Source: a virus. Taken from it: a stretch of DNA of 64,000 nucleotides. Each line of letters opens with the position of its first letter. The stretch's first letter is position 1. The DNA is taken from IMG/VR virus record IMGVR_UViG_3300026136_000008; one strand, 5' to 3'. The position numbers and the translations under genes are program-made. Of this stretch, positions 7,460 through 16,929 are shown piece by piece. The notes below the pieces were generated by a model. That model was not told where the DNA came from and made no database searches. It saw nothing but the letters and a program-made list of their open reading frames with translations.

Positions 7460-8939
7460 TTAAATCGCCATTGTAAAATATGTATTGTTTATTATTAGGA
7501 TATATAATCTCTAATTTTTCTGGGTGTACTTGCCATGATGTAGAATCTTTAATGTCTTCTTGAACACCAAAAATATGAGGAAGTTCTTTTAATAATTTAT
7601 GAAAAAACAGCGGTGATTTATCACGTGACCAATAAGCTACTTTATGTTCTTGAAAGTATCCTAATAATTCAAATACGTATTTAAGCTCTTCCCAATCATC
7701 TACTTTATCTAATAGTGTTGATCCATCTGTTTTATATTGGTCAAATTCAAAATACCTTGAAAAAATCCTTGCTGCTTTACCATGTTCTTGTACACCACTT
7801 GCAAACATCGGTGGTAGTTGTCTATGGTATATTTCTTTGCCTCTTACATCATGCTTATATCTTTTATGTTTTAGTAATGGACCAAATACAATATTGTATA
7901 CCCACATCTTATCTAGGTGCAATCCTTTTTCTGAATAGTTATCTGCTAATCTATGGTTGTGCCTCTCTTTTTCCATTAATTTAAATGCATTTGCGCACAG
8001 CTCAAGTTCTTTATAAGTTAATTTAGGATTTACTTTTCCTCTCCATATATAAGGTACTACCTTTTCGCCCTTAGGTAAATATCTAATTGGAGGTATTCTA
8101 TCCCATTCTTCTATAGGTAATTTATTATATTGTGGACCACATAAAATTCCATGTATATCTTTTTCAGTCCATGTTCGTGATCTTCTACCTTCAGATCTAT
8201 AACATGTGATATGAGCAATTAATCTACGTCCACTAAATATATCGCAATCAGTTACTACATCTTCATAAGCATGATATTTATTTTTATAATGAAGCTGTAC
8301 TGAATTTGCTATTGTATTTAATTCTAAGCCATCTCTCCAAACCCTTTGATCTTTCATAGGCTCTTGTATGATAGCATGACGAGCCCCATATGCTTGTTGT
8401 ATATCTTGAAAATATCTCTGATGTTGTTGCGGTTCATATAATAAAACACCTGACCATATTAAACAATCAACTTTATAATCAACTTGATAGGCAACTTCTA
8501 CATTAGGTGTTGCGTCACTTGCAAATATATCATCTATAAATTTATATGTACCAACTTTATATTCTATGCCTGGAAATTCTTCCCACACCTTTTGTGCGTA
8601 TTCAATAGATTCTGTACTTGTATCAAATCCAAAGTAACGATAATCCTCGTCGATATAACCTCTCTCATATAATATATCATTTACTGGGCCGTGTCTACAA
8701 CCAATATCGACTATGGTCTTATGACCAAATTTCATTATATAATCTGCTTGAGCTTCGAATATAGGTTTAGCTTCATCACTATCTAAATAATCCATACTAT
8801 AATGCCTATATTCTTCTTGCAAAGGAACCTTATCGTACTCACCCTCCGGCAACCTAGGCCAAGGCATTCCATTTACAAAGTGCGGTTCTTTAGTTTCTAT
8901 TTCAGGAGTATGTTTTTTCCACATGTTCTTTAAATTCAT
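7434..8939 (-). CDS. Class I SAM-dependent methyltransferase domain fused to an unknown C-terminal domain
   Basis: IVDIGCRHG motif I, YFGFDTS motif II, DCLIWSGVLLY. Confidence 0.65.
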   Translation of the reverse strand: MNLKNMWKKHTPEIETKEPHFVNGMPWPRLPEGEYDKVPLQEEYRHYSMDYLDSDEAKPIFEAQADYIMKFGHKTIVDIGCRHGPVNDILYERGYIDEDYRYFGFDTSTESIEYAQKVWEEFPGIEYKVGTYKFIDDIFASDATPNVEVAYQVDYKVDCLIWSGVLLYEPQQHQRYFQDIQQAYGARHAIIQEPMKDQRVWRDGLELNTIANSVQLHYKNKYHAYEDVVTDCDIFSGRRLIAHITCYRSEGRRSRTWTEKDIHGILCGPQYNKLPIEEWDRIPPIRYLPKGEKVVPYIWRGKVNPKLTYKELELCANAFKLMEKERHNHRLADNYSEKGLHLDKMWVYNIVFGPLLKHKRYKHDVRGKEIYHRQLPPMFASGVQEHGKAARIFSRYFEFDQYKTDGSTLLDKVDDWEELKYVFELLGYFQEHKVAYWSRDKSPLFFHKLLKELPHIFGVQEDIKDSTSWQVHPEKLEIIYPNNKQYIFYNGDLNEVLYNGD

Positions 8940-9483
8940 TATATGTTTTATTTATACCTCTCCAGGCAAAGCAAAATATAGCTCGAGGTGCTTCAACCAC
9001 TTGTACATCATGTAAGTAAGCAGTGTTTAATAATACTGGCTTGTCAACCAGTATTTCCCCCATCTGTATTGCTGGATATTTGTCTTGCAACATATTCCAA
9101 TGAGTCTTGCCATGCCTATATTCTAATTGATGTTGATGTGTTTCGTATATGCCAATCTTTGCTTGACCAAACATAGGTAATAATAAATTAAATTGATTGC
9201 CTTCTCTCTCATCAAAATCTATATGAGGTGGAACACCCGATCTTAAAGTACCATTTAAGTTAAAGCCCGTACCGTGTTCGCACATACCCATATGAGCGTC
9301 TGATCCCCATGTTAATAATCTATCCCATTGTCTATAATAATCTGGGTTAGATATAAGAACATGTGATTCAGTACCACATTCGATATACTCTAAGGCTGTC
9401 TCACCACGAACTTCATTATGCATTCGTATAAGCCAATCTTTATCATAATCGACATTAACATATTCAGCTATTCCACTTAGCAT
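8902..9483 (-). CDS. Cupin / Fe-2OG oxygenase-like protein
   Basis: PPHIDFD...FNLLLP...LNTAYLHDV...PRAIF. Confidence 0.55.
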   Translation of the reverse strand: MLSGIAEYVNVDYDKDWLIRMHNEVRGETALEYIECGTESHVLISNPDYYRQWDRLLTWGSDAHMGMCEHGTGFNLNGTLRSGVPPHIDFDEREGNQFNLLLPMFGQAKIGIYETHQHQLEYRHGKTHWNMLQDKYPAIQMGEILVDKPVLLNTAYLHDVQVVEAPRAIFCFAWRGINKTYNEFKEHVEKTYS

Positions 9484-10099
9484 CCCATTCCTTATATTGT
9501 TCTACCCATTTTTGTGGTCTATCTTTCATGTCAGGTTTTCTTTCTTTCGGTTCATTTAACCAATAATTATTATGGTCAAATATTTCAATACATACATCTT
9601 TGACCCATTCATAATTACCTGGCACACATTCTTTCCAGCCATTGTTCATGCAAAAAGTATCATAAACTATACCACCCATTTTCTCTATTAAATGTCTTGT
9701 CATATCAAAATGTCTATGCCCAGCATTTTTTGTTACAGGTGTAAATGTTATTACATAGATAGGTTTATTTGAGAATGGTCCATCTTGACCAAGATCAGAA
9801 TTAAAATGTGTTGAACATATTATCCAATCCATTGCATTCTTAAATCCAACAGAATAATGAGCAGTAGCTTCAGGTACTGCAAACACTAATATATCTGCCT
9901 CTTTAATAACCTTTAAAAAGTTATGTACACGAGCTAAGACTTTACCATCAGCACTATTCTTATTACAAATAGGCATATTAAAATCTGTCATGTCATACAC
10001 GTAATCAAGACCCATTAATCCTAGGCCTCGTGTGTTCATGGAATTTTCTGCGTAACTAAAGGATATTCCTGTAATTACACTTTTAGTATGCGCCGACAT
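9464..10099 (-). CDS. NAD(P)H-dependent FMN reductase family protein
   Basis: IKEADILVFAVPE...YSVGFKNAMDW...FSNKP. Confidence 0.8.
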   Translation of the reverse strand: MSAHTKSVITGISFSYAENSMNTRGLGLMGLDYVYDMTDFNMPICNKNSADGKVLARVHNFLKVIKEADILVFAVPEATAHYSVGFKNAMDWIICSTHFNSDLGQDGPFSNKPIYVITFTPVTKNAGHRHFDMTRHLIEKMGGIVYDTFCMNNGWKECVPGNYEWVKDVCIEIFDHNNYWLNEPKERKPDMKDRPQKWVEQYKEWDAKWNS

Positions 10100-11030
10100 T
10101 TTTAAATTTGTTTTTAAAGCCTTTCATACCTTTTTTTAATTCTTCATTACTCAACACATTATTATAGAATTCTGGTAATGGCATAATAGTACTATAATCA
10201 GTTGCTATTCTCCATAGCTCACGATCTAAATCACTTATTGCTGTTCGTCTATGTAGTGAGGCAAACTGGTCCATAAGTATTAAGTCGCCCTTTTTAAATA
10301 TGTGATGATCCATATATTTAGATCTCATTATTTTTTTATATAATGTATCAACAAATTCATCTCTGTCAATTTGCTTTCTCTTTCCACCTGGTGGTGTATA
10401 CCATACCTTTCTAATAAAATGATATGAGAAATAGATATAGTCTTCATTAGTATGCGGATGCTTACCACACAATGGTCTAATTTGACCACTATGACTATCC
10501 ATCACTTCTAACTCTGGATCATCATCTTCTATTTCCATCATAGTATTATTTTTGTATTTAAAATAACAAATAATATTATTATAATAATCTTTCTCTTCTT
10601 GTGAAAAATCTTTAAATACATCTCTTGTATTTACAATCGATAAAGTAGTATCTTCACATTCCTTGTGACAATATAATCCTATTAGTATTTTTTTAATATC
10701 TTTCCTTGAGTTTCCGTTTGAATGCCAACCTAATTCTTTTTCACCAAACATACCTACTTTCTTTCCATCTATTTTTTTGCCAGTGACAATAAAGATTTCT
10801 GGATTCTCTGGAGGATTCATCCAAAGCTTTGGTGTTTCAGGTTCACCAAACCTTTTCATTACTTCAACATATTCTGACTGAGTAAAGTCTTGCTCATAAA
10901 AGAAAACTGGCTTACCGGTTTGAACTTCTTTTGCAACTTCTAATAGTTCTTCATTAGAAAAATCTAATAATTTTTTGTCAGAATTTGATGTTTGTGTAGT
11001 CAAATGCAGTTCTCCATAATTGTCTTTCAA
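10083..11030 (-). CDS. TauD/TfdA-family dioxygenase (HxN variant)
   Basis: LGWHSNG; HIFKKGDLILMDQFASLHRR; RELWR. Confidence 0.8.
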   Translation of the reverse strand: MKDNYGELHLTTQTSNSDKKLLDFSNEELLEVAKEVQTGKPVFFYEQDFTQSEYVEVMKRFGEPETPKLWMNPPENPEIFIVTGKKIDGKKVGMFGEKELGWHSNGNSRKDIKKILIGLYCHKECEDTTLSIVNTRDVFKDFSQEEKDYYNNIICYFKYKNNTMMEIEDDDPELEVMDSHSGQIRPLCGKHPHTNEDYIYFSYHFIRKVWYTPPGGKRKQIDRDEFVDTLYKKIMRSKYMDHHIFKKGDLILMDQFASLHRRTAISDLDRELWRIATDYSTIMPLPEFYNNVLSNEELKKGMKGFKNKFKNVGAY

Positions 11031-11847
11031 GGTATTGTATCGGCGATCTCCTATGAATAGTATGCAACTGGTCCATAATTAATAAGTCGCCTCGTCTAAA
11101 TACATGATGAACCATATATTTTGATTTAAATAATGTTTGCCATAAATCATCTTTAAAATGTTTAAATTCGTGACCAGTTAATCTTACACCGTTTCGACTA
11201 GCACCCACCATAAAAGGCACACAAAAATATAAGTATTCTCTACCATCAACTGGATGTACACCTACGAGTGGTCTACGATCAAGATCCTCATGATGATTGT
11301 TAGCATTTTTATCTCTATAATGTTTTATACCAGTTCTAATTTCACCTGATGGTTCCGGATCATCTTCTGAGTCATGTTCAGATATAGCATATATAGCATC
11401 ATTTACATGGTCAAGATGTATATCAAATTCTCTAAAATAGTTTTGTCTTTCTTCAGATAATTCAGCAAAGCAATCTACTTGGCTACATATAGAAAGAACT
11501 GTATCAATGCATTCCTCAACACAATACAATGATACTATTATATCCTCGAACTCGTGCCGTGCCGATCCATTCTGATGCCACTCTAATTCAGTATCACCAA
11601 ACATTCCAATACGTTTACCTTCCTCATTCCTCTGTCCAGATACAATACTAATTTCTCTGGCATTTACTGGATTCATAAAGTATTCATTACGATCCATTTT
11701 ACCGAATCGCTTACATGCTTCAATGTGTTGTTGTTGTGTTAGATTTTGTTCGTGAAGTACTATGCTACCATCTTGTACTACTTTTAATGCTAAATCTTTT
11801 ATTTGTTCGTCGCTATAATCTAATATCTGTAATGTCATCTTGTCCAT
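10978..11847 (-). CDS. TauD/TfdA-family dioxygenase (HxN variant)
   Basis: LEWHQNG; PLVGVHPVDGREYLY; HVFRRGDLLIMDQLHTIHRR; RQLWR. Confidence 0.8.
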   Translation of the reverse strand: MDKMTLQILDYSDEQIKDLALKVVQDGSIVLHEQNLTQQQHIEACKRFGKMDRNEYFMNPVNAREISIVSGQRNEEGKRIGMFGDTELEWHQNGSARHEFEDIIVSLYCVEECIDTVLSICSQVDCFAELSEERQNYFREFDIHLDHVNDAIYAISEHDSEDDPEPSGEIRTGIKHYRDKNANNHHEDLDRRPLVGVHPVDGREYLYFCVPFMVGASRNGVRLTGHEFKHFKDDLWQTLFKSKYMVHHVFRRGDLLIMDQLHTIHRRSPIQYLERQLWRTAFDYTNIKF

Positions 11848-12445
11848 CCAAACTAAACATAAAGGCTATACGTGGTTCTTCACTTTGATTAAATACTCCG
11901 TGTGCAAATCCAGTATTAAAGAAATATGCTTTGCCTGCTTCTAAATGTGTCTCTATAATTTCACCTTTTACCTTAAATCTATTTATCACTTTCTTATTTG
12001 TATAAACTGGTATCACAACCCTTGTTGCATAGGTAGGATCATAATCGATATGCATCGGAACATCAGTATTCCCATCAAGTTTAGTAATACGAATTCTCAT
12101 CTTATCGCATTTAAATTGATTAGCTATTTCTTCAAAGTAACTTCCAATAAATTTATCGTTTGGCTTATTATATAATTTCTCTTCGTTTCTTCTCAATCTT
12201 TCTTTTATATCATCAGTATATGGTAACTCTTCACCGTTAAGCTCAGTTAAGTTTATTTGTTTAAAGTTATCGTATACAGATTTACTCAACGCCATATGGT
12301 TATCACATAGTGCTTTGTTCGCAGTTTTAACATCAACATATTCGGCAGCTAAAACATCTGTTGCTGCTTGAAGCTTGCCAAGATCTATATTGATATGTTT
12401 TAATTCACCATGTGTTGGTAACTTATATTTTGTTCTTGGTTTCAT
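11813..12445 (-). CDS. Asp/Asn beta-hydroxylase-like Fe/2OG oxygenase
   Basis: RIRITKL...PMHID...FNTGFAHGVFN...PRI; start placed at ATG 12445 behind a late promoter. Confidence 0.7.
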   Translation of the reverse strand: MKPRTKYKLPTHGELKHINIDLGKLQAATDVLAAEYVDVKTANKALCDNHMALSKSVYDNFKQINLTELNGEELPYTDDIKERLRRNEEKLYNKPNDKFIGSYFEEIANQFKCDKMRIRITKLDGNTDVPMHIDYDPTYATRVVIPVYTNKKVINRFKVKGEIIETHLEAGKAYFFNTGFAHGVFNQSEEPRIAFMFSLDGQDDITDIRL

Positions 12446-12450
12446 ATACT

Positions 12451-12458
12451 TATTTATA
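12451..12458 (-). promoter_or_regulatory. T4-type late promoter
   Basis: TATAAATA-N5-ATG(12445). Confidence 0.7.
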
Positions 12459-12461
12459 TGG

Positions 12462-13406
12462 CTATACAACATAGTTATGATGTTTCCTTAAATGCGATTT
12501 ATACCATTTAGCCGTACGCAATAATCTACGTGGCTTATCCTTTAATATGTCTGGTCTTCTATGTATACCTATTACATTATCAAATAAACATATGTCGCCT
12601 TCCTGCCATTTGTGTTTATATGTGTACTTTTCATTACATACATAATCTTCCCATAACTCATAAAATAATTTTTTAGAGTGTTCATACGGTTCACCATCTT
12701 TTAAAAATCCGTGTACTTCATACGGGCTAAAGAATAAACCTTCAGGGCCGACTGGATGATCAGGTACAAGTTTATGGTTATTCATTATACCACGAGATGC
12801 ACCAAACTTATGTTTATTCTCAGGCTCCATGTTTAAACAGTTAACTATCTCACGAGTATTTCTATTCTTATTAATCTCATCAAGAACTTCTTGACCATAT
12901 ATTTTTTTAAATGATGGTTGCCAAGCTTTTTTAATAACACCTAATTCCCTTTTAGGATCAAGCACAACAGTAAGTTGTCTCAATAAATCTTTCTTATGTT
13001 CATGTAATTGTTTAAAATACGGCAGTGAATTAGCAAACCAAGTTTCAGTATCATATGTGATTGTCTTTGCGTATAAGCCTATGACTTCCTCAGCATCAGC
13101 AACTGGTGTCATATTTGTATGCCAATCTAATTCATAGTCACCAAACAATCCTTGGTTCCTATCATCCATCATCTCATTTGTTACAGTCCAGAATAAATCA
13201 GAATGTTCCTTATCAGTACACCATATCTCTGGACTTAAATGATAACCCACACCAAGCGACCACTCAGCATATTCTTCAGGTGTTGCACCGCTATCACGTA
13301 TAACAACAACTCCAGCATGAGCAACCATTCTTGCTATATTATCTGGATCTAAATCTTCTAATGGAATTTCTAAATAAGTTGGTACTACCATAGTGGTGTT
13401 AAGCAA
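12462..13406 (-). CDS. TauD/TfdA-family dioxygenase (HxN variant)
   Basis: LDWHTNM; YKHKWQEGDICLFDNVIGIHRR; PRRLLR; true start may be ATG 13391. Confidence 0.8.
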   Translation of the reverse strand: MLNTTMVVPTYLEIPLEDLDPDNIARMVAHAGVVVIRDSGATPEEYAEWSLGVGYHLSPEIWCTDKEHSDLFWTVTNEMMDDRNQGLFGDYELDWHTNMTPVADAEEVIGLYAKTITYDTETWFANSLPYFKQLHEHKKDLLRQLTVVLDPKRELGVIKKAWQPSFKKIYGQEVLDEINKNRNTREIVNCLNMEPENKHKFGASRGIMNNHKLVPDHPVGPEGLFFSPYEVHGFLKDGEPYEHSKKLFYELWEDYVCNEKYTYKHKWQEGDICLFDNVIGIHRRPDILKDKPRRLLRTAKWYKSHLRKHHNYVV

Positions 13407-14209
13407 AGCCTCGCTGTTGGATTATCATGCATTCGTCTTCTCCTTTTATAATATTTATCACCGCTCTGGGCAAGGAAAAAAACGTCAGATGGTACTAAAC
13501 TATACTCTGAACATAGAGCTAGTTGTCTTCCTCTATTTTCGTGAAACATTTCATCGACATGAAAATTGCTCATAATAAGATCCATTGTTTTTACTGATGC
13601 ATAATTCCAATTCTCAAACTGCTTGAGTAGATGTAATGTCTTATGTGGTTTCTTTGTATAAACTAAACCACATCTGTTACCTATCATGCCGAATCCTTTT
13701 GAGAAACTAAACATTACTTGTTCAGTATTTTTTGGTATATGTATTCTTTGTGTATCTGTGCTAGATACATATGTGCAGTCTAATATAACAGGGCAATTAA
13801 CTTCTACATCTCTAAACATACCATCGCCAGCAAATGGATTAGATAGATATAATACTTTGTGCGGATCAATAAAATACGAATGTTCTATCTCTGTTCCTGC
13901 ATCAATCATATTAGGATATTCATAATCACCTTTAATGTATTGCCATTGACGATCTTCTGTTTGTAACCAATGATGAATTGCATCTGTTGTACCATTTGTA
14001 ACATAGCAATATGGAAAGTCACTTAAGTCAGTAATCTCATGAACCCAGTTTCTATGCGTAGCCTCAACCCATTCTAATTCTTGGGTGGCTTTACCTGATC
14101 CACGTTGATAATAAGTATCGGATATGCGTTGTTCTTTCAGCAGATGCCAAATATCTTCTGACATAGGTACATCTACCCATCTATTATTTTTTAAAGTCTC
14201 TTTTTCCAA
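13385..14209 (-). CDS. PLP-dependent fold-type I (aminotransferase class I/II-like) enzyme
   Basis: VTNGTTDAI, LSNP, ILDCTY, FSFSKGFGMIGNRCG (PLP lysine motif). Confidence 0.75.
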   Translation of the reverse strand: MEKETLKNNRWVDVPMSEDIWHLLKEQRISDTYYQRGSGKATQELEWVEATHRNWVHEITDLSDFPYCYVTNGTTDAIHHWLQTEDRQWQYIKGDYEYPNMIDAGTEIEHSYFIDPHKVLYLSNPFAGDGMFRDVEVNCPVILDCTYVSSTDTQRIHIPKNTEQVMFSFSKGFGMIGNRCGLVYTKKPHKTLHLLKQFENWNYASVKTMDLIMSNFHVDEMFHENRGRQLALCSEYSLVPSDVFFLAQSGDKYYKRRRRMHDNPTARLCLTPLW

Positions 14210-14835
14210 AATCTCTCTGCCAAATGTCCACCTAAATCGTATTTACCTAATATCAACCTACGCGGTTCATCATGGTGTACTTTGTGATAACCATCGCCAC
14301 CTAAAATCCAATTCATCCATGGACCATCTGTCGGACCATTCCAATGACCAAATATATTTAACATACCAAATCCTACCTTTGCAAATAGGTATGGCATAAA
14401 TGCTGCACCCCACCAGAAGTATGGTGATATAGCCATACATACTGCCCAATATAACCATAAGAATGTTTCCCAATTCTCATGAGCCCATACAAGTCTTGGG
14501 TTATTGTATAAGTCTTTTGCAAACCTTACTGGAACATGTTTTAAATCCCAAGTAGTAGTTGCTACTTTCCAGTAACCTATTCGTTTAGCGTCATGTGGAT
14601 CTAATGGTCCCTCTGTATCTGCATGGTGCATTCTATGAGAACTTATCCAACCAATAGGTGTACGAACACACGCAATGAGTATGCCTATAATAAAGCCCCA
14701 TTCGTGAAATACACTTGTTCTAAATTGTCCGTGAGCAAAGTATCTATGTAATCCCACGGAGACAGCGTAATGTGTAATTACCTGACACCATAAGAAGCCT
14801 AAGCCTGTTGCCCATAAAAATAATTCTAAATCCAT
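14191..14835 (-). CDS. Membrane fatty-acid desaturase (delta-9-like)
   Basis: His boxes HRYFAH, HRMHH and YHKVHH; DTEGPLDPH; TM segments. Confidence 0.88.
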   Translation of the reverse strand: MDLELFLWATGLGFLWCQVITHYAVSVGLHRYFAHGQFRTSVFHEWGFIIGILIACVRTPIGWISSHRMHHADTEGPLDPHDAKRIGYWKVATTTWDLKHVPVRFAKDLYNNPRLVWAHENWETFLWLYWAVCMAISPYFWWGAAFMPYLFAKVGFGMLNIFGHWNGPTDGPWMNWILGGDGYHKVHHDEPRRLILGKYDLGGHLAERFWKKRL

Positions 14836-15566
14836 TTTCCCATTGCCATATATCTATTCCAAAAATTATATGTCTTACCTTCTTTACTTTTCATTGTTCG
14901 CCATCCACCATTTAATAATTGAATGCCATTCTTTTCTGCCAGCTCTTGCTCATTTTCTACACAATTAATATGATCGTCTTCATCCGTTTTATTATTACTT
15001 TGTAAACATAATAAGGTTCTTTCAGGATCAAAATAATATTCTTTCATACTCAACATATCTGGCATATGTTCACATGAGGTATTAATTATTAAATGAGCTC
15101 TACGCTTCTCTTTATAATTAAAATAATCACCCATGCTATTGCTAAATATTTTAACATCTTGTATATCTACCCACCATGTACTTAGATATACTCCAAACAC
15201 TTTTGCCGCAAATGGATCCACATCAAAAAAGTCAATAGCTCTTATCTGATCACCGTATTTATTATATAACAAATCTATAAGAGGAAAGCCAAACCAACCA
15301 CCAACAATTTCAACCTTAAATCGACCTTCCTGATCACGTGGTATTTGTACCTTATCTAATTCTTTTACTAACCAATTCTTACCTTCTATCTGATTAGGTG
15401 ATATGCTTTCAATAAATCTATCCATCTTATCTGGATAATTTCTATTAAACCATTTGAGCATATTATAATATATTTCAGGATCTACTGGTTTTTTTACATC
15501 ATGACCCATATGATCTGCGTCACGTGGTCCTAATTCTTTTTCTAAATCTACTATTCCTAATTGCAT
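14826..15566 (-). CDS. Rossmann / methyltransferase-like protein
   Basis: EIVGGWFG, FFDVD, IINTSCEHM. Confidence 0.5.
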   Translation of the reverse strand: MQLGIVDLEKELGPRDADHMGHDVKKPVDPEIYYNMLKWFNRNYPDKMDRFIESISPNQIEGKNWLVKELDKVQIPRDQEGRFKVEIVGGWFGFPLIDLLYNKYGDQIRAIDFFDVDPFAAKVFGVYLSTWWVDIQDVKIFSNSMGDYFNYKEKRRAHLIINTSCEHMPDMLSMKEYYFDPERTLLCLQSNNKTDEDDHINCVENEQELAEKNGIQLLNGGWRTMKSKEGKTYNFWNRYMAMGKWI

Positions 15567-16054
15567 CCGTATACCACATAATATTTACCTTTCCATCTAT
15601 TAAATTCATTAAATGTCCAGATTTCTTTTAATTCATTTTGTTCCGCTAATTGTTTATTACCAGTAATAGGATTACAATCACCGTTATGATGTTCATTATC
15701 ACCTACTAATATAAATTCTCTATCCTTATACATCTTACCTAACGGCCACATCTTTTCACAAGCATAATTTATAATGAGCTCTTCTTTTAGTTCAATATCA
15801 AATACAACATCAGCAGTAATAATTTCATCGCAAGCTCTTTGAGGATCGTAGTCGTACATATTTACTGTAAGTCTATCAATAGCATTAAACTCATCATATA
15901 AATTTCTTTTATCCGCTGGGCCCACGATAGCAATAGATTCAGCTTCACTAAATGTTGTTATTTGTGTATATATCCAGGCATCAACTTGCGTCATAACTTG
16001 TCCAATATTCCCAGGGCCATTGACCCTCTGTTTCATGTAATTCAAATGCTTCAA
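15557..16054 (-). CDS. Degenerate paralog of the adjacent methyltransferase-like protein
   Basis: YDYDP, IINYACEKMWP and NKQLAEQN parallel FDVDP, IINTSCEHMPD and EQELAEKN; start uncertain. Confidence 0.45.
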   Translation of the reverse strand: MKHLNYMKQRVNGPGNIGQVMTQVDAWIYTQITTFSEAESIAIVGPADKRNLYDEFNAIDRLTVNMYDYDPQRACDEIITADVVFDIELKEELIINYACEKMWPLGKMYKDREFILVGDNEHHNGDCNPITGNKQLAEQNELKEIWTFNEFNRWKGKYYVVYGCN

Positions 16055-16784
16055 TACCCATTCTTTGTATTCGAATGTGTGATGTATTAAATAATGTCAT
16101 CCTTGCTTCTTCTCTTTCGGTATGAGGCGGCTCACTAAAATTATAATTATCTACAATGCCTTCTTCCCAATACGCTAATCTATCGTTACGATAATGCTGG
16201 TAATATAAGTATTTATCTAAAGACTTGTAGGTGAACATGAGCTTCTCTAGATTTTCATTTGTATAATCAAATAACCATTGAGCATCTTGCCATGCCACAA
16301 AGCTTGAGTTAACGTGACAATCTGATCCTTTACCAAACCATTTGTGTGCACCTTCTTTTTTTATATTCCAGTGGTTTAGAATAAATGTTGGCTTATCAAA
16401 ATCTCTACTTACTAATTCTGTTATATCACCGTGAATTAAATTATCTAAGTCTACCCACAGCTTTGTGCCTGGAAGATCTAAATCAAATAGACATAATTTT
16501 TCACGAGTAAAAATTTTATCTTGACCATAAGATCTCCAATGATCTGGACCAAATGTATTATAATCTATTAAGCCTACATCAGGATTAATCCCACTAGGGT
16601 TATCAGTAATACAAGTAAAGTTAAAATCCAGATCACAAAACCTCTTTATACTTCCGTATAATCTATTAACATATTCTGGTCCATATAATGTTCCCCACTT
16701 AAACGTAAAGAAGTTTAATTTTACTTCCGGGTTCGACTTCGCTAGGAAATCCTCCGTACTCAATAATATACCATCTGATGACAT
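15981..16784 (-). CDS. GT-A fold glycosyltransferase (KWG..Y family)
   Basis: KWGTLYGPEYVNRLY, FTCITD, WVDLD (DxD), NSSF. Confidence 0.75.
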   Translation of the reverse strand: MSSDGILLSTEDFLAKSNPEVKLNFFTFKWGTLYGPEYVNRLYGSIKRFCDLDFNFTCITDNPSGINPDVGLIDYNTFGPDHWRSYGQDKIFTREKLCLFDLDLPGTKLWVDLDNLIHGDITELVSRDFDKPTFILNHWNIKKEGAHKWFGKGSDCHVNSSFVAWQDAQWLFDYTNENLEKLMFTYKSLDKYLYYQHYRNDRLAYWEEGIVDNYNFSEPPHTEREEARMTLFNTSHIRIQRMGIEAFELHETEGQWPWEYWTSYDAS

Positions 16785-16929
16785 TCTTGTAAAATTCCTC
16801 TGAGTTATGATTTGCTTTAAATTGTTTTATCCATATATTGTTTGCATTATGCGAACTTATAACTCGTGCGGCTTCTAACTGAAGTTCACGTGTATCAAAA
16901 GTATTTATAAGCTCTTCTATTGCGTCCAT
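16699..16929 (-). CDS. Hypothetical protein, 76 aa
   Basis: Bridges two genes of the operon with overlaps. Confidence 0.55.
   Translation of the reverse strand: MDAIEELINTFDTRELQLEAARVISSHNANNIWIKQFKANHNSEEFYKNVIRWYIIEYGGFPSEVEPGSKIKLLYV

Noticed and set aside
16699-16929. 76-aa ORF as a RiPP precursor for the radical SAM array
   Set aside because: It looks like a small globular helical protein with no leader/core pattern or repeated motif
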